64,000 nt of DNA from an uncultured Methanoregulaceae archaeon (GTDB lineage: Archaea > Halobacteriota > Methanomicrobia > Methanomicrobiales > Methanospirillaceae). Position 1 is the stretch's first letter, and every line of letters starts with the position of its first letter. Shown piece after piece: positions 1 to 9,244 of this stretch. The DNA is taken from NCBI GenBank assembly GCA_963701095.1, contig OY969564.1:960001-1024000 (forward strand), written 5' to 3'. Position numbers and translations under genes: made by a program. The notes below the pieces were generated by a model. The model did not search any database. It saw nothing but the letters and a program-made list of their open reading frames with translations, and was not told the origin of the DNA.

Positions 1-690
1 ACAGATCGTATGAGATCCTTTCCGGAAACAACCGTTTTTCAGGCCACCTTGTTCCCGTTTATCGGTGATCTCAGCTGGCATAACGGGGCCACCGAAAAGG
101 AACGTTGTATAATCTTCATCGAATGAATCATGGCAGGTAATACAGATAATTGCATCCCGCTGGGTATCCGGAAAACCACGCTCATCTTCACATTCAATAT
201 CGATAACACACACTCGTGCCAGTGCATCGACTTCTGTGGGCACAAGCTCGTGATAATCGGCAGAAATCGAGGGTGCCTTAACTGCACCGGTAAGCCCACA
301 GTCAATCATGAACCTTGTCGCAAAGGGTATATCAGCCTCGAAATGCCGGTACCGCTCTCTTACGTCCCGCACATCCCCGGGGCGGACAGTAAACAGTTTT
401 TTGAGTTTCTCTCCCCGGATTGAACGATAGATAGTGTCCGGCTCAATAGTTACCTGATCGGGGCGTATCTGGCCGACCTGTTCTTCCGGAACATAAAAAT
501 ACGGCAGAAAACCGGTTACATCAAGCCGGTAAGCTTCTCCACGGGTGTTTCTCCCAAAGACATGAATGACCGGTCCATCGGGAGTGTTGCTATACTCTAC
601 CTGATTAATTGCGATCGACACTTCGCCGGTTTCTTCACCAGCCCGGGTTTCTGTAAGGGTTTCTGAAGATCGCAGGGCCTGGACGGGCAT
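1..690 (-). CDS. polB: Family B DNA polymerase, N-terminal part (runs off the left edge)
   Basis: Not in the ORF track. Manual translation from ATG at 690 gives MPVQAL...VIHVFGR...VTGFLPYFYV...HFEADIPFATRFMID...VIDIECEDE, containing the PolB EADIPF motif and Exo I DIE motif. Confidence 0.93.
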   Translation of the reverse strand, partial: MPVQALRSSETLTETRAGEETGEVSIAINQVEYSNTPDGPVIHVFGRNTRGEAYRLDVTGFLPYFYVPEEQVGQIRPDQVTIEPDTIYRSIRGEKLKKLFTVRPGDVRDVRERYRHFEADIPFATRFMIDCGLTGAVKAPSISADYHELVPTEVDALARVCVIDIECEDERGFPDTQRDAIICITCHDSFDEDYTTFLFGGPVMPAEITDKREQGGLKNGCFRKGSHTIC

Positions 691-693
691 AGT

Positions 694-1559
694 CTAAATC
701 ACCACCGTGCGGCAGAGATCCCGGACAAAGGCCCCGGCCTGAACAATCCCCGCCTGTTCCCAAGGGTCAAGATTCCAGGTGATGACATCTTCTATGCCGG
801 TACGCCCGACCCGGACCGGAACACCAAGGGAGCATTCAGAAATACCGTACTCCCCTTCAAGCACTGCAGAACAGGGAATAGTCTCCTGTGAATCAGAAAG
901 CAGAAGCCGGATCAGGGTGGCGATATGGTATGCTGGCCCAAATACGGTCCCGCCTTTGCCCTTGATAACTTCCATACTCGCACCCCGTAGTTCATCAAGG
1001 ATCGTATCGCGGATGTCTTCAGTAACCGGTTGGAGGAGCCGGGAAAAGATCGGTACCTGGTAATTACCATGCTCCCCGAGTACAACAGCTTTTCCCCGGA
1101 TATGTCTTTGCCGAAGAGCAAGGGAGAACCGGGCACTGTCAAGCTGGCCACCAAAACCAATACACCGTTCACGGGGGATGCCGGTGAGCCGGCTCATGAG
1201 AAAATTATTCACATCCATGGGATTTGTCACTGTAACAAGAATGCCGGAAAACCCGTCAAGTAACTCGGCACACTTCCGGATCACGGGGATATTTGCTGCT
1301 ATAAGATCTGCCCGGTCTTATCTGCCGGTGTACGGGGAGTACCTGCAGCAAAGATACAGATATCCGCTTCCCGGATGTCGCGGGTCTCTGTTGTTACCGA
1401 GACCGGTACGCCAGTGTGTTGGATATCCAGCACCTGTGCCTTAAGAAGGCTTGCACTCTGATCATACAGAACGAGTTCATCCACAAGCCCCAGTATTGTT
1501 GCAAGGTACGCCACTTCACCGCCGATCCTGCCGACACCCATAACTGCAAGCCTTGTCAT
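694..1559 (-). CDS. mdh: Malate/lactate dehydrogenase family protein, split by a 1-nt deletion near 1313
   Basis: ORF 1299-1559 has the Rossmann GVGRIG and AGTPR motifs. ORF 694-1284 has VTNPMD, LDSARF and GEHG. One extra C in ACC-CGG joins the frames (KTRADLIAANIPVIRKC). Confidence 0.85.
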
Positions 1560-1660
1560 AACCTTGCTCCTGTATTAGGTATGCACATCATGAATTTAAG
1601 TGACTACCGACAGTGAAACATAAGGATCTCTGTAAAGAAAGATGTCCATTATAAAAAGAG

Positions 1661-1797
1661 CCAGCCCAAAATTAGTCTTATTTTTGGTATTGGTCAAAAC
1701 ACACGCGGAAGATCGATTCGGGGATCAAGAAACGCTTTCTTTTCACCGAATGCTATCATCCACTGACATATGAGATGCCCATCAAAAAGGTTAATTC
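1661..1797. repeat. Copy A of a ~137-bp diverged direct repeat
   Basis: Shares the blocks CCAGCCCAAAATTAG.CTTATTTTTGG, ATCAAGA, TTTTC.CCGAATGC and ACATATGAGATG.CC.TCAAAAAGGTTAATTC with 2155-2292. Confidence 0.9.
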
Positions 1798-1857
1798 TCC
1801 CTTTTCCGGAACTGGAAAACCGCACATCTCAGGCATATCGAGAATTGGAACGGCGGA

Positions 1858-2052
1858 TTACTTCTTTGAAATAATCGTATGTGCATCCTTATCGATTTTA
1901 TAGGATTTCGGGCGCTCAAGAAGATCAAGTGCATTAATTTTCATGTCTACGAGTTCGGAATAATTGAATGACTCGTATTTCTTTTCGCCTTTCTCCTCCC
2001 AGAACACAACAATCCCATTCTCCATTTTTTTACTACTGACAATATCGTGCAT
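1858..2052 (-). CDS. Small hypothetical protein (64 aa)
   Basis: ATG-started ORF with protein-like Lys/Glu-rich composition, co-oriented with its neighbours and lying between the two repeat copies. Confidence 0.75.
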   Translation of the reverse strand: MHDIVSSKKMENGIVVFWEEKGEKKYESFNYSELVDMKINALDLLERPKSYKIDKDAHTIISKK

Positions 2053-2154
2053 ACTATTCGATCAGGAATGAAAGGGTTATGAATATTGCTGCAGTGATGG
2101 TATAGCGTTTTTGGAAGACGGAAAATCAAAAAAAGTTGAAGACAATAATACGGA

Positions 2155-2292
2155 CCAGCCCAAAATTAGGCTTATTTTTGGAAAAACTCAACGAAAAATC
2201 GGGGCAGTTATTTGGGAATCAAGAGACGATGCATTTTCGCCGAATGCCACCCATCTACAAACATATGAGATGTCCTTCAAAAAGGTTAATTC
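2155..2292. repeat. Copy B of the ~137-bp direct repeat
   Basis: Aligns with 1661-1797 with a single indel. Confidence 0.9.
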
Positions 2293-2615
2293 CCACTCTT
2301 TCTGAATGTGAAGATCACGCCGCATGGTGCTCCCCGCAGCTTGTACCGTATAAACCTGCGATGAGAGGTATTTGCAGGTAACAGCGGGTCAGTGATTGGA
2401 GGCGTGATAAATTATAGAGTATATTTTTAAGAACTTACCAGTCTACGCTATCCGAGAGACGGCTATTAAAAAAAAATGTGTTCATTTGCTTTTCTGAATG
2501 TAAGATGACTTTGCCGGATTGATCTTAACATTTTATCATCAGTGATCGGAATTGTAGAAATTACGTTTTTTTACGTCAATGAAAAAATTAGATTTTTAGG
2601 GTTAATCGACCTCGG

Positions 2616-4802
2616 TCACTTGTACGTGAATTGGTCGGCCGTTGACGTTGCGGATGTACCACCAAGATTAGTGACCGTTACATTAACCACACCTGCTGCA
2701 TGGGGTGGTGATACGATGGTGATTTGAGTACCCGTCGAGGTCAGTTTCTGGTTGTTCGCAGTCAGGGATTCAGAGACAGAAAATGCTGGTGTGGTTCCGA
2801 ACATAATACCTGTCACGCCGTTAAACCCGGTACCGGTAATAGTTACTACTGTGCCTCCAGCTTTTGAACCGGAGTTCGGTGAAACGCTGGTGACGGTTGG
2901 GAGGGCAACATAGGTGAACCCGTCAGCTGCTGAGGAAGCGCTGGTACCGCTTGGTGTCGTGACCGTGGTGTCGACGGTTCCTGCTGAACCGGCCGGGACA
3001 GTCGCGGTGATGTAGTAGTAACCAAGGCGGATGATAATTTTATTAAAGATAATCGGGGGTTGCCATTGAACTACTACATTAGTTGCAGGGTTGCCACCAA
3101 TGGTAACTGCGGTCGTTCCGAATAAATTTGCCCCGTTGATAGTTACATTCACGCCTCCAGCCGTTGAGCCGGAGTTCGGCGAAATGCTGGTGACGGTCGG
3201 GGGAGCCTCATAGGTGTATTGATCGGCTGCTGAAGTTGCAGATATACCACCGGGTGTCTTGACGGTGACGTCTACGACTCCGGCTGTACCGGCCGGGGCG
3301 GTCGCTGTGACGTAGTACTGCAGGGGGTAGAGTGGAATGCATTCTTTAAGAATGGGGTTGTAAAGGCAACGAGCGACAACCTTCACATTAGTCGCCAGTG
3401 TTTTGCCAAAGTATACATTGGTCGTTCCATACAAGTTTGCACCGTTAATGGTTACGGTATTACCACCGGCGAGTGGACCGGAGTTTGGCGAGACGCTGGT
3501 AACAGTCGGAGCTGCTATATACGTATATTGATCGGCTGCTACAACCGGGGATGTACCACCGAATGCATGGACGGTGATATCAACGGTTCCGGCTGCATGA
3601 GCTGGTGCGGTTGCGGTAATCTGATTGGGGCTGTAAACGATGCTGGCGGGAGTAGTGCCAAACTGTACTGATGAAAGTTCAATAAAGCCGCTTCCGGTGA
3701 TAGTTACCGAATTACCTCCATTAGCCGAGCCAGTCGATGGACTGATCTTGGTGATCACAGGGGTTACATAATTTGAACTGATGGTCTGGAACCAATTGTA
3801 TGAAGGGTGATCAGAATATGCATTGTAATTCATATTCATATTAAGCCTGAATGTACCGTCAGGTCTGTTGCTTGGTGCACCCCAGCTGTTCACAACAAGC
3901 CAGTAGGGAGCGCTTGGATTCGTGTCATCATATCCGACGATGTCAACACAATGCCCGCCATTTTGGTTATCCACCATATATGGACTCGGGTCGAAAATGG
4001 CGGTAGATGCATCATTACGCCAGAAATTATAGAAACCATTCGGACCATTCCATCCGTCATCATTCATCATGAAACACCAAATAACGGCTTTATGTGCATT
4101 CAGAGCACTCTTGATATTATTGATGGCAGTGGACTGACTTACACCCTGGGTCGTAATAGTAGTTAGTGAATAGGAGTTCAGGGGATAGAATGGATTGGTC
4201 GAGATGGCACTTAGGGGAGGTGTTGTAGGACCATATGGCTGATTTTCAGGATCGTTACCGTCACCCCAATAGGCGTTCGTGTTGGACCAGGGAATTACTT
4301 TTTGAAGAGTATTATACAGAGACGTAACCGTGGCCGGCCACCCGCCCCCGCATGCACTATCCAGATGTTGTGTCGGGCCGAGTCCATAATTATCATCGAA
4401 GTATTGAGTGGAAAGCCGGTTTGAAATCCCAAAGTTTACATTATGATCAATTTCTATGGCTCCGGTTGTTCCCCAGACAAAACAGTTCCCGCACGATCCC
4501 TGATTTCTTTGTGAAGGAACATACGGGAGATACGACAAAAGGCTTAACGACCCCTGCGGAATAGTTTGGACTGCTGTAAGTCCAGTTGCAGGATATTTTG
4601 GCGTTGCATAATAGTCTTTCTGCATCTGAGCCAGTTGGTCGCTTGTAAGGTGCATGATGGTATGAGTGTTAGTCGATCCACTGGTTCCATCAGCATAGAT
4701 AGGCAAACCGATACCCGCGCCAATAGTCATAACACAAACAATGCACAGGATGAAGAGGATCCTGTTTGAACAAGACAAAAGATTTGTACCCATTTTTCTC
4801 AC
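2616..4802 (-). CDS. Secreted papain-family (C1A) cysteine peptidase with four C-terminal IPT/TIG domains
   Basis: N-terminal hydrophobic signal; QGSCGNCFVW (catalytic Cys), GGHCVDIVGYDD (His), VVNSWG (Asn); four P.(V/I)T.(V/I)SP..G...GG..VTI.G repeats. Confidence 0.9.
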   Translation of the reverse strand: MRKMGTNLLSCSNRILFILCIVCVMTIGAGIGLPIYADGTSGSTNTHTIMHLTSDQLAQMQKDYYATPKYPATGLTAVQTIPQGSLSLLSYLPYVPSQRNQGSCGNCFVWGTTGAIEIDHNVNFGISNRLSTQYFDDNYGLGPTQHLDSACGGGWPATVTSLYNTLQKVIPWSNTNAYWGDGNDPENQPYGPTTPPLSAISTNPFYPLNSYSLTTITTQGVSQSTAINNIKSALNAHKAVIWCFMMNDDGWNGPNGFYNFWRNDASTAIFDPSPYMVDNQNGGHCVDIVGYDDTNPSAPYWLVVNSWGAPSNRPDGTFRLNMNMNYNAYSDHPSYNWFQTISSNYVTPVITKISPSTGSANGGNSVTITGSGFIELSSVQFGTTPASIVYSPNQITATAPAHAAGTVDITVHAFGGTSPVVAADQYTYIAAPTVTSVSPNSGPLAGGNTVTINGANLYGTTNVYFGKTLATNVKVVARCLYNPILKECIPLYPLQYYVTATAPAGTAGVVDVTVKTPGGISATSAADQYTYEAPPTVTSISPNSGSTAGGVNVTINGANLFGTTAVTIGGNPATNVVVQWQPPIIFNKIIIRLGYYYITATVPAGSAGTVDTTVTTPSGTSASSAADGFTYVALPTVTSVSPNSGSKAGGTVVTITGTGFNGVTGIMFGTTPAFSVSESLTANNQKLTSTGTQITIVSPPHAAGVVNVTVTNLGGTSATSTADQFTYK

Positions 4803-5386
4803 CTAAAACCCCGATGGGAGACGCATTCCATCGTTTCAAGCCTTTCTACAGACGTTCTCTGGTAGACAAATGCCAAAGGAATACAGTAATACCCAAACAT
4901 CGAGATTTATTTTTGATTAATTTTTAATTAATTAAAATAAATATGCCAATCATAATTGCTATGCAAATTTTTATAAATCCATAATGAATTTTCGGAAATG
5001 ATCAGACATTGAAAAAGAAATAAAATCTTTTATGTTGTTGTTTTGTTTCTGGATCCTCATATATTACCGTCGAGAATCTTTAACGCGCATTCAATCTTAT
5101 ATCCTTTATAAACCGAACGAAAAATTACTTTGAAAGAAAAAGACAGCTCCGCTATTTTCCCATCATTAAATGCATAATTAAGGGAACCCCACAAATCTCC
5201 AGTAATGATGTCCTTTATAATAAGATCGAGCCCCAAATAAGGCAGATTTTTGGAAAAAATGAACGCGCAAGGGGGGGGGGATTGATTAATTTAGAATCTT
5301 TTGTAAAGTCCACAAAGGCCGGATGACAACATTCGTGTATCACGATTAACAGTAGAGATTTCCTTTTATGGAGAGGATTACCTGAA

Positions 5387-6274
5387 TCAAAGAAGTTCGT
5401 GGTGAAGGAGCAATAGTCTGCACCATGTGCCCAAGCTACGGTTCCAGCGATCACAGGATAAGCAAATTTTTGGGGGATTTGAAGAGTACATGGCTCTCCT
5501 GAACTTTGTGAATTCATTCCCGTACCAAGCATCATTAAGCAACCGCTCGTCACCCAGATTGTCAATCGGAAAACCGCCCATACAGCAGGGTTCAACGCTG
5601 AGGTCAGAGTTGACGCTCATCGTCGTCCAAGGATTTATACATCGGACAATCTGATTTGGCCAACAATTGGGATCATTCACGATCTTTTTCGTCACCAACG
5701 GGAAGTGATAACAGGGAATCTTCAGGTGTTTGGCAAGAATTTCAATCTTTGGTGTTGATTCGCCATGGATCATCATAATGGTTCGGAATTTCAATTCAGC
5801 ACATTGCTGCATGATATCTTCCATTCGTGCGACGTAGCAACTAGGATCCGGTGAACCTTCAAAGTGCATTTTGTCTATCGAAATTTTTATACGGTCGCCT
5901 TTGTCAAGCATCCCGAGATGTGTAGTATCTAGATTCCAGCCGTTCGTAGGAAACCGAACGTAATATCCCTTATCTTTCGCAAGGGAAAGGAAACGGTAAA
6001 AGTCCTTATGCAGTGTGACTTCACCTACTCCTTTGAACTCAATAGATTTACAGCCAATTCTACGCGCATCTGATAGTATATAGCAAGCATCCTCGAATCG
6101 CATCATTCCCGGGCCAGTATTTGTATAGAAGTCCGATCCATAAATTCGAGGATAACAATCCTGGCATCTGAAATTACAGGCAGAAGATATATTCAGTATG
6201 ATCGTTCGGAGCAGAGGCTTATGATAAAGATTCAGACCATAAACAACGTGATGATACAGACCATCAAGTTTCAT
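5387..6274 (-). CDS. Radical SAM protein with C-terminal SPASM/twitch domain
   Basis: CNFRCQDC (CxxxCxxC), GVGEVTLH, PTNG; C-terminal C.NPW...V.SD..V.PCC...C..C pattern. Confidence 0.88.
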   Translation of the reverse strand: MKLDGLYHHVVYGLNLYHKPLLRTIILNISSACNFRCQDCYPRIYGSDFYTNTGPGMMRFEDACYILSDARRIGCKSIEFKGVGEVTLHKDFYRFLSLAKDKGYYVRFPTNGWNLDTTHLGMLDKGDRIKISIDKMHFEGSPDPSCYVARMEDIMQQCAELKFRTIMMIHGESTPKIEILAKHLKIPCYHFPLVTKKIVNDPNCWPNQIVRCINPWTTMSVNSDLSVEPCCMGGFPIDNLGDERLLNDAWYGNEFTKFRRAMYSSNPPKICLSCDRWNRSLGTWCRLLLLHHELL

Positions 6275-6500
6275 TGATTATTAATTATTGTGTTTAAATT
6301 AATAAAATTTTTTTTATTGCCGTTTAAACCCATGGATATTCACGACACCACACTTGATGATATATAGGAGGACTTTGGATGGAGAAGGTTTCTGTAAAGT
6401 CTGCGGGAATTAAAGTAAAATCAACGTCGAAGAAAGATCTCTCACCTCCCTAAGACTTGACAGAACTTCTTATAATCTCTCATAAAATAATAACAAAAAA

Positions 6501-7223
6501 TTATAATTTATTCATCTTCATTATTATGACGACTGCCACAATCCCAAGCAACATGATCGGTAGTATAACCACCGATGGAAATTCAGGTACTTGTGGGGGA
6601 TTGATCACGTGGATTATAACAGTCCCTTGGCAGAGAATCCCGTTCCACTGGTCGTCAGATTCATAGTAGTACGTAAACGAGTCTGTTCCGGAAAAACTCG
6701 GAAAGGGAGTATAACCAAACCCACCGTCATTATCTATAAAATCCACAGATCCATGACTGGGAGAGGTCCCAAGATGAACCGAACAGGAATGGCCTGGGCA
6801 TTCTCGATAACTCGATATCAGACCTTCGAAGTTCGTAGTGTTTCTCATTATGGTATATGTTGGAGATTTGCAGGTAAACGACACCGGCGCCTCGTATACG
6901 TAATAGGTAACTTTTGCAACATTTGAGTAATTGACGCCATCATAATCACGATAGTAGAATGTGTCGGCCCCCACAAAGACGTAACTTGGACAATAGGTGA
7001 CATCGCCGTCGGGCATCAATGTTAATGACCCACGGTTTGGACCTCGCACAAGTTCTGCTGTGAGAGATGAAGAATAGGGAATGTCATTCAGTAGAACGTT
7101 GTCACCACTAAACATACAAAAATCTGCTCTTGACCAAGCAGTACTGAACGTATCATCTTTCGCCACGATTGCCTTTGCCGGCAGGATCAGCAGAAAGATT
7201 AGAAGAAATAGGTACAACCCCAT
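6501..7223 (-). CDS. PEF-CTERM surface protein with two Ig/cadherin-like (Big_9-type) repeats
   Basis: Signal peptide MGLYLFLLIFLLILPAKA; repeated G.L....DG...Y.P...F.G.D.F.Y; C-terminal VPEFP, transmembrane helix and basic tail. Confidence 0.82.
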   Translation of the reverse strand: MGLYLFLLIFLLILPAKAIVAKDDTFSTAWSRADFCMFSGDNVLLNDIPYSSSLTAELVRGPNRGSLTLMPDGDVTYCPSYVFVGADTFYYRDYDGVNYSNVAKVTYYVYEAPVSFTCKSPTYTIMRNTTNFEGLISSYRECPGHSCSVHLGTSPSHGSVDFIDNDGGFGYTPFPSFSGTDSFTYYYESDDQWNGILCQGTVIIHVINPPQVPEFPSVVILPIMLLGIVAVVIIMKMNKL

Positions 7224-7513
7224 TTTCAACTTTCTTTGATACTTCATACCATTCCACTCCAATTTCCCCGGTATCGCCGAGAATTCGTAGGAGGCAATGT
7301 CATCGATAAAATCAGGTTGGGCGTTAAAAAATCAGAGAAAACAATAGGCAGCCGGGTTCAGTGTTCCCTTAATATTGTTTATCTATTTATATTATCCCAT
7401 AGTGAACTTTATACAACTTATCAAGATATTGCAAAAGATGCATGATAAAGAGAACCGTGTAAATCCACCCAAAAAGATGTCCTTTATAATAAATCACGTC
7501 AATCATGTGATGG

Positions 7514-8402
7514 ATGGTAGAACTAAAGCCGGGCTCAGTGACAGTCGGTGGTGTGACCCTCGATAACCACCTGCTCCTTGCTGCCGGTGTTCTTGGAACA
7601 ACCGGTGCATCCCTGTCAAGGATGCTTGCCCGGGGAGCGGGAGGGGTGGTCACCAAATCAATAGGCCCTCAACCAAAAGACGGACATGCCGGTCCCTGTG
7701 TTGCCCTTCTCGGGGAGGGGATCCTGAATGCCATGGGACTCCCCAACCCATCCCGTGAATTTACTGGTGAGATTTCAGCGCTCAGCAATAAACCGGTGAT
7801 AGTCAGTATCTATGGGGGAAACCCTGCAGAGTTTGCAGAAGTCGCCGGGTGGTTTAAGGGTATGGTCGCTGGCTTTGAACTCAATCTTTCCTGCCCTCAT
7901 GCGGAAGGATACGGGGCTGCAATAGGTGTTAATCCTGATCTTGTCGAGAAATGCACACGCGAAGTGCGTGCGCTGGGGATGCCGACGTGGGTGAAACTCA
8001 CGCCAAATGTGACAGATATTACAGCGATAGGAAAGGCAGCAGAACGCGGGGGGGCGACAGACTATTGTGGCTATAAACACGGTAAAAGCTATGCGCATTT
8101 CAACTGAGTTCAGACGCCCGGTGCTCGGTAACCGCTACGGGGGTCTCTCAGGAAACCCAATTTTCTCTATAGCTGTCCGTTGTGTGTATGAGCTCTACGA
8201 AGCATGCACTGTCCCCATCATCGGGTGCGGGGGGATATCGAGTGCCGATAACGTGATCGAGATGATGATGGCAGGAGCTTGTGCCGTGGAAATCGGAAGC
8301 GCGGTGCTACAGGATATCGGCATCTTTGAGACGATAAAAAACGATTTGTACGCAAAAAAAGGCATTTTGCCCGAAGAGATAATAGGATGCGCTCATGAAT
8401 GA
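7514..8402 (+). CDS. pyrD: Dihydroorotate dehydrogenase B catalytic subunit, frameshift near 8048-8062
   Basis: VTKS, LNAMGLPNP, ELNLSCPH, VKLTPN in the first ORF; AINT, GGLSG, IIGCGGI in the second; break beside a G7 run; pyrK follows. Confidence 0.92.
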
Positions 8403-9159
8403 CCAGCTGCCGGTCAAGGTTTCCCTGACCGAGATACAAAAAGAGACCCCGTCGGTAAAAACATTTTACTTTGACCAGGAGTTCACCTTTGAACCGGGGC
8501 AGTTTGTCATGGTCTGGGTTCCCGGCGTGGATGAAATACCCATGGCGCTCTCGTCGGTTAATAGTATCACGGTCCAGAAAGCCGGTGACGCGACCAGCGC
8601 TATGTTCGATCTTTCTCCAGGGGCAATGCTTGGTATGCGTGGACCGTTAGGAAGGGGGTTTACCCGGGGAGAGAAAATGCTCGCTGTTGCCGGGGGGGTC
8701 GGAGCGGCACCTCTCCTGCCTCTTGCACGTTCTGACTGCGTGATGACCATGCTCCTTGGCGCCAGGACAGAAAAGGAACTTCTTTTTGTCGATCAACTGG
8801 ACGAGAGTACAGATGTTATGATTGCAACCGATGATGGATCCCTTGGCCAGCGCGGGTTTGTAACCGATCTTATACGGGATGTCAGCCTTGCTGCGTATGA
8901 TCGGATAGCAGTCTGCGGACCGGAGCCGATGATGAGGGCAGTACTTGCGATGATCGACGGGCTTGGGTTCGCATCGAGAACTGAATTCTCGCTCCACCGT
9001 TACATGAAGTGTGGCATAGGGATCTGCGGGTCTTGTTGTATCGATCCGGACGGTCTCCGGGTCTGCCGGGATGGCCCGGTCTTCTCCGGGGAGCTTCTCA
9101 AGAAAAGCGAGTTTGGACACTATGCCAGGGGTGCAAGCGGCACAAAGAAAAATATCTGA
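8395..9159 (+). CDS. pyrK: Dihydroorotate dehydrogenase electron transfer subunit
   Basis: PGQFVMVW, RGPLGRGF, AGGVG, VCGPEPM, MKCGIGICGSC...VCRDGPVF [2Fe-2S] motif; overlaps the pyrD stop. Confidence 0.95.
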   Translation: MNDQLPVKVSLTEIQKETPSVKTFYFDQEFTFEPGQFVMVWVPGVDEIPMALSSVNSITVQKAGDATSAMFDLSPGAMLGMRGPLGRGFTRGEKMLAVAGGVGAAPLLPLARSDCVMTMLLGARTEKELLFVDQLDESTDVMIATDDGSLGQRGFVTDLIRDVSLAAYDRIAVCGPEPMMRAVLAMIDGLGFASRTEFSLHRYMKCGIGICGSCCIDPDGLRVCRDGPVFSGELLKKSEFGHYARGASGTKKNI

Positions 9160-9244
9160 ACCCCGGATAAATGTTGGTTTTTGGAACTCACAGATTATTT
9201 TTTGAGCAAAGAAAAACAGATGCATTTCGACTAAACGTTCCCTT

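Noticed and set aside
1661..2292. UGA read-through or a SECIS element in the duplicated small ORFs
   Set aside because: Both ORFs end in TGA before a hairpin, but I see no archaeal SECIS motif, FwdB here uses Cys, and selenocysteine is not known in this order.
1661..2292. Repeats as IS ends, att sites or box C/D guide RNAs
   Set aside because: They are direct and diverged, with no recombinase nearby and no convincing C/D box set.
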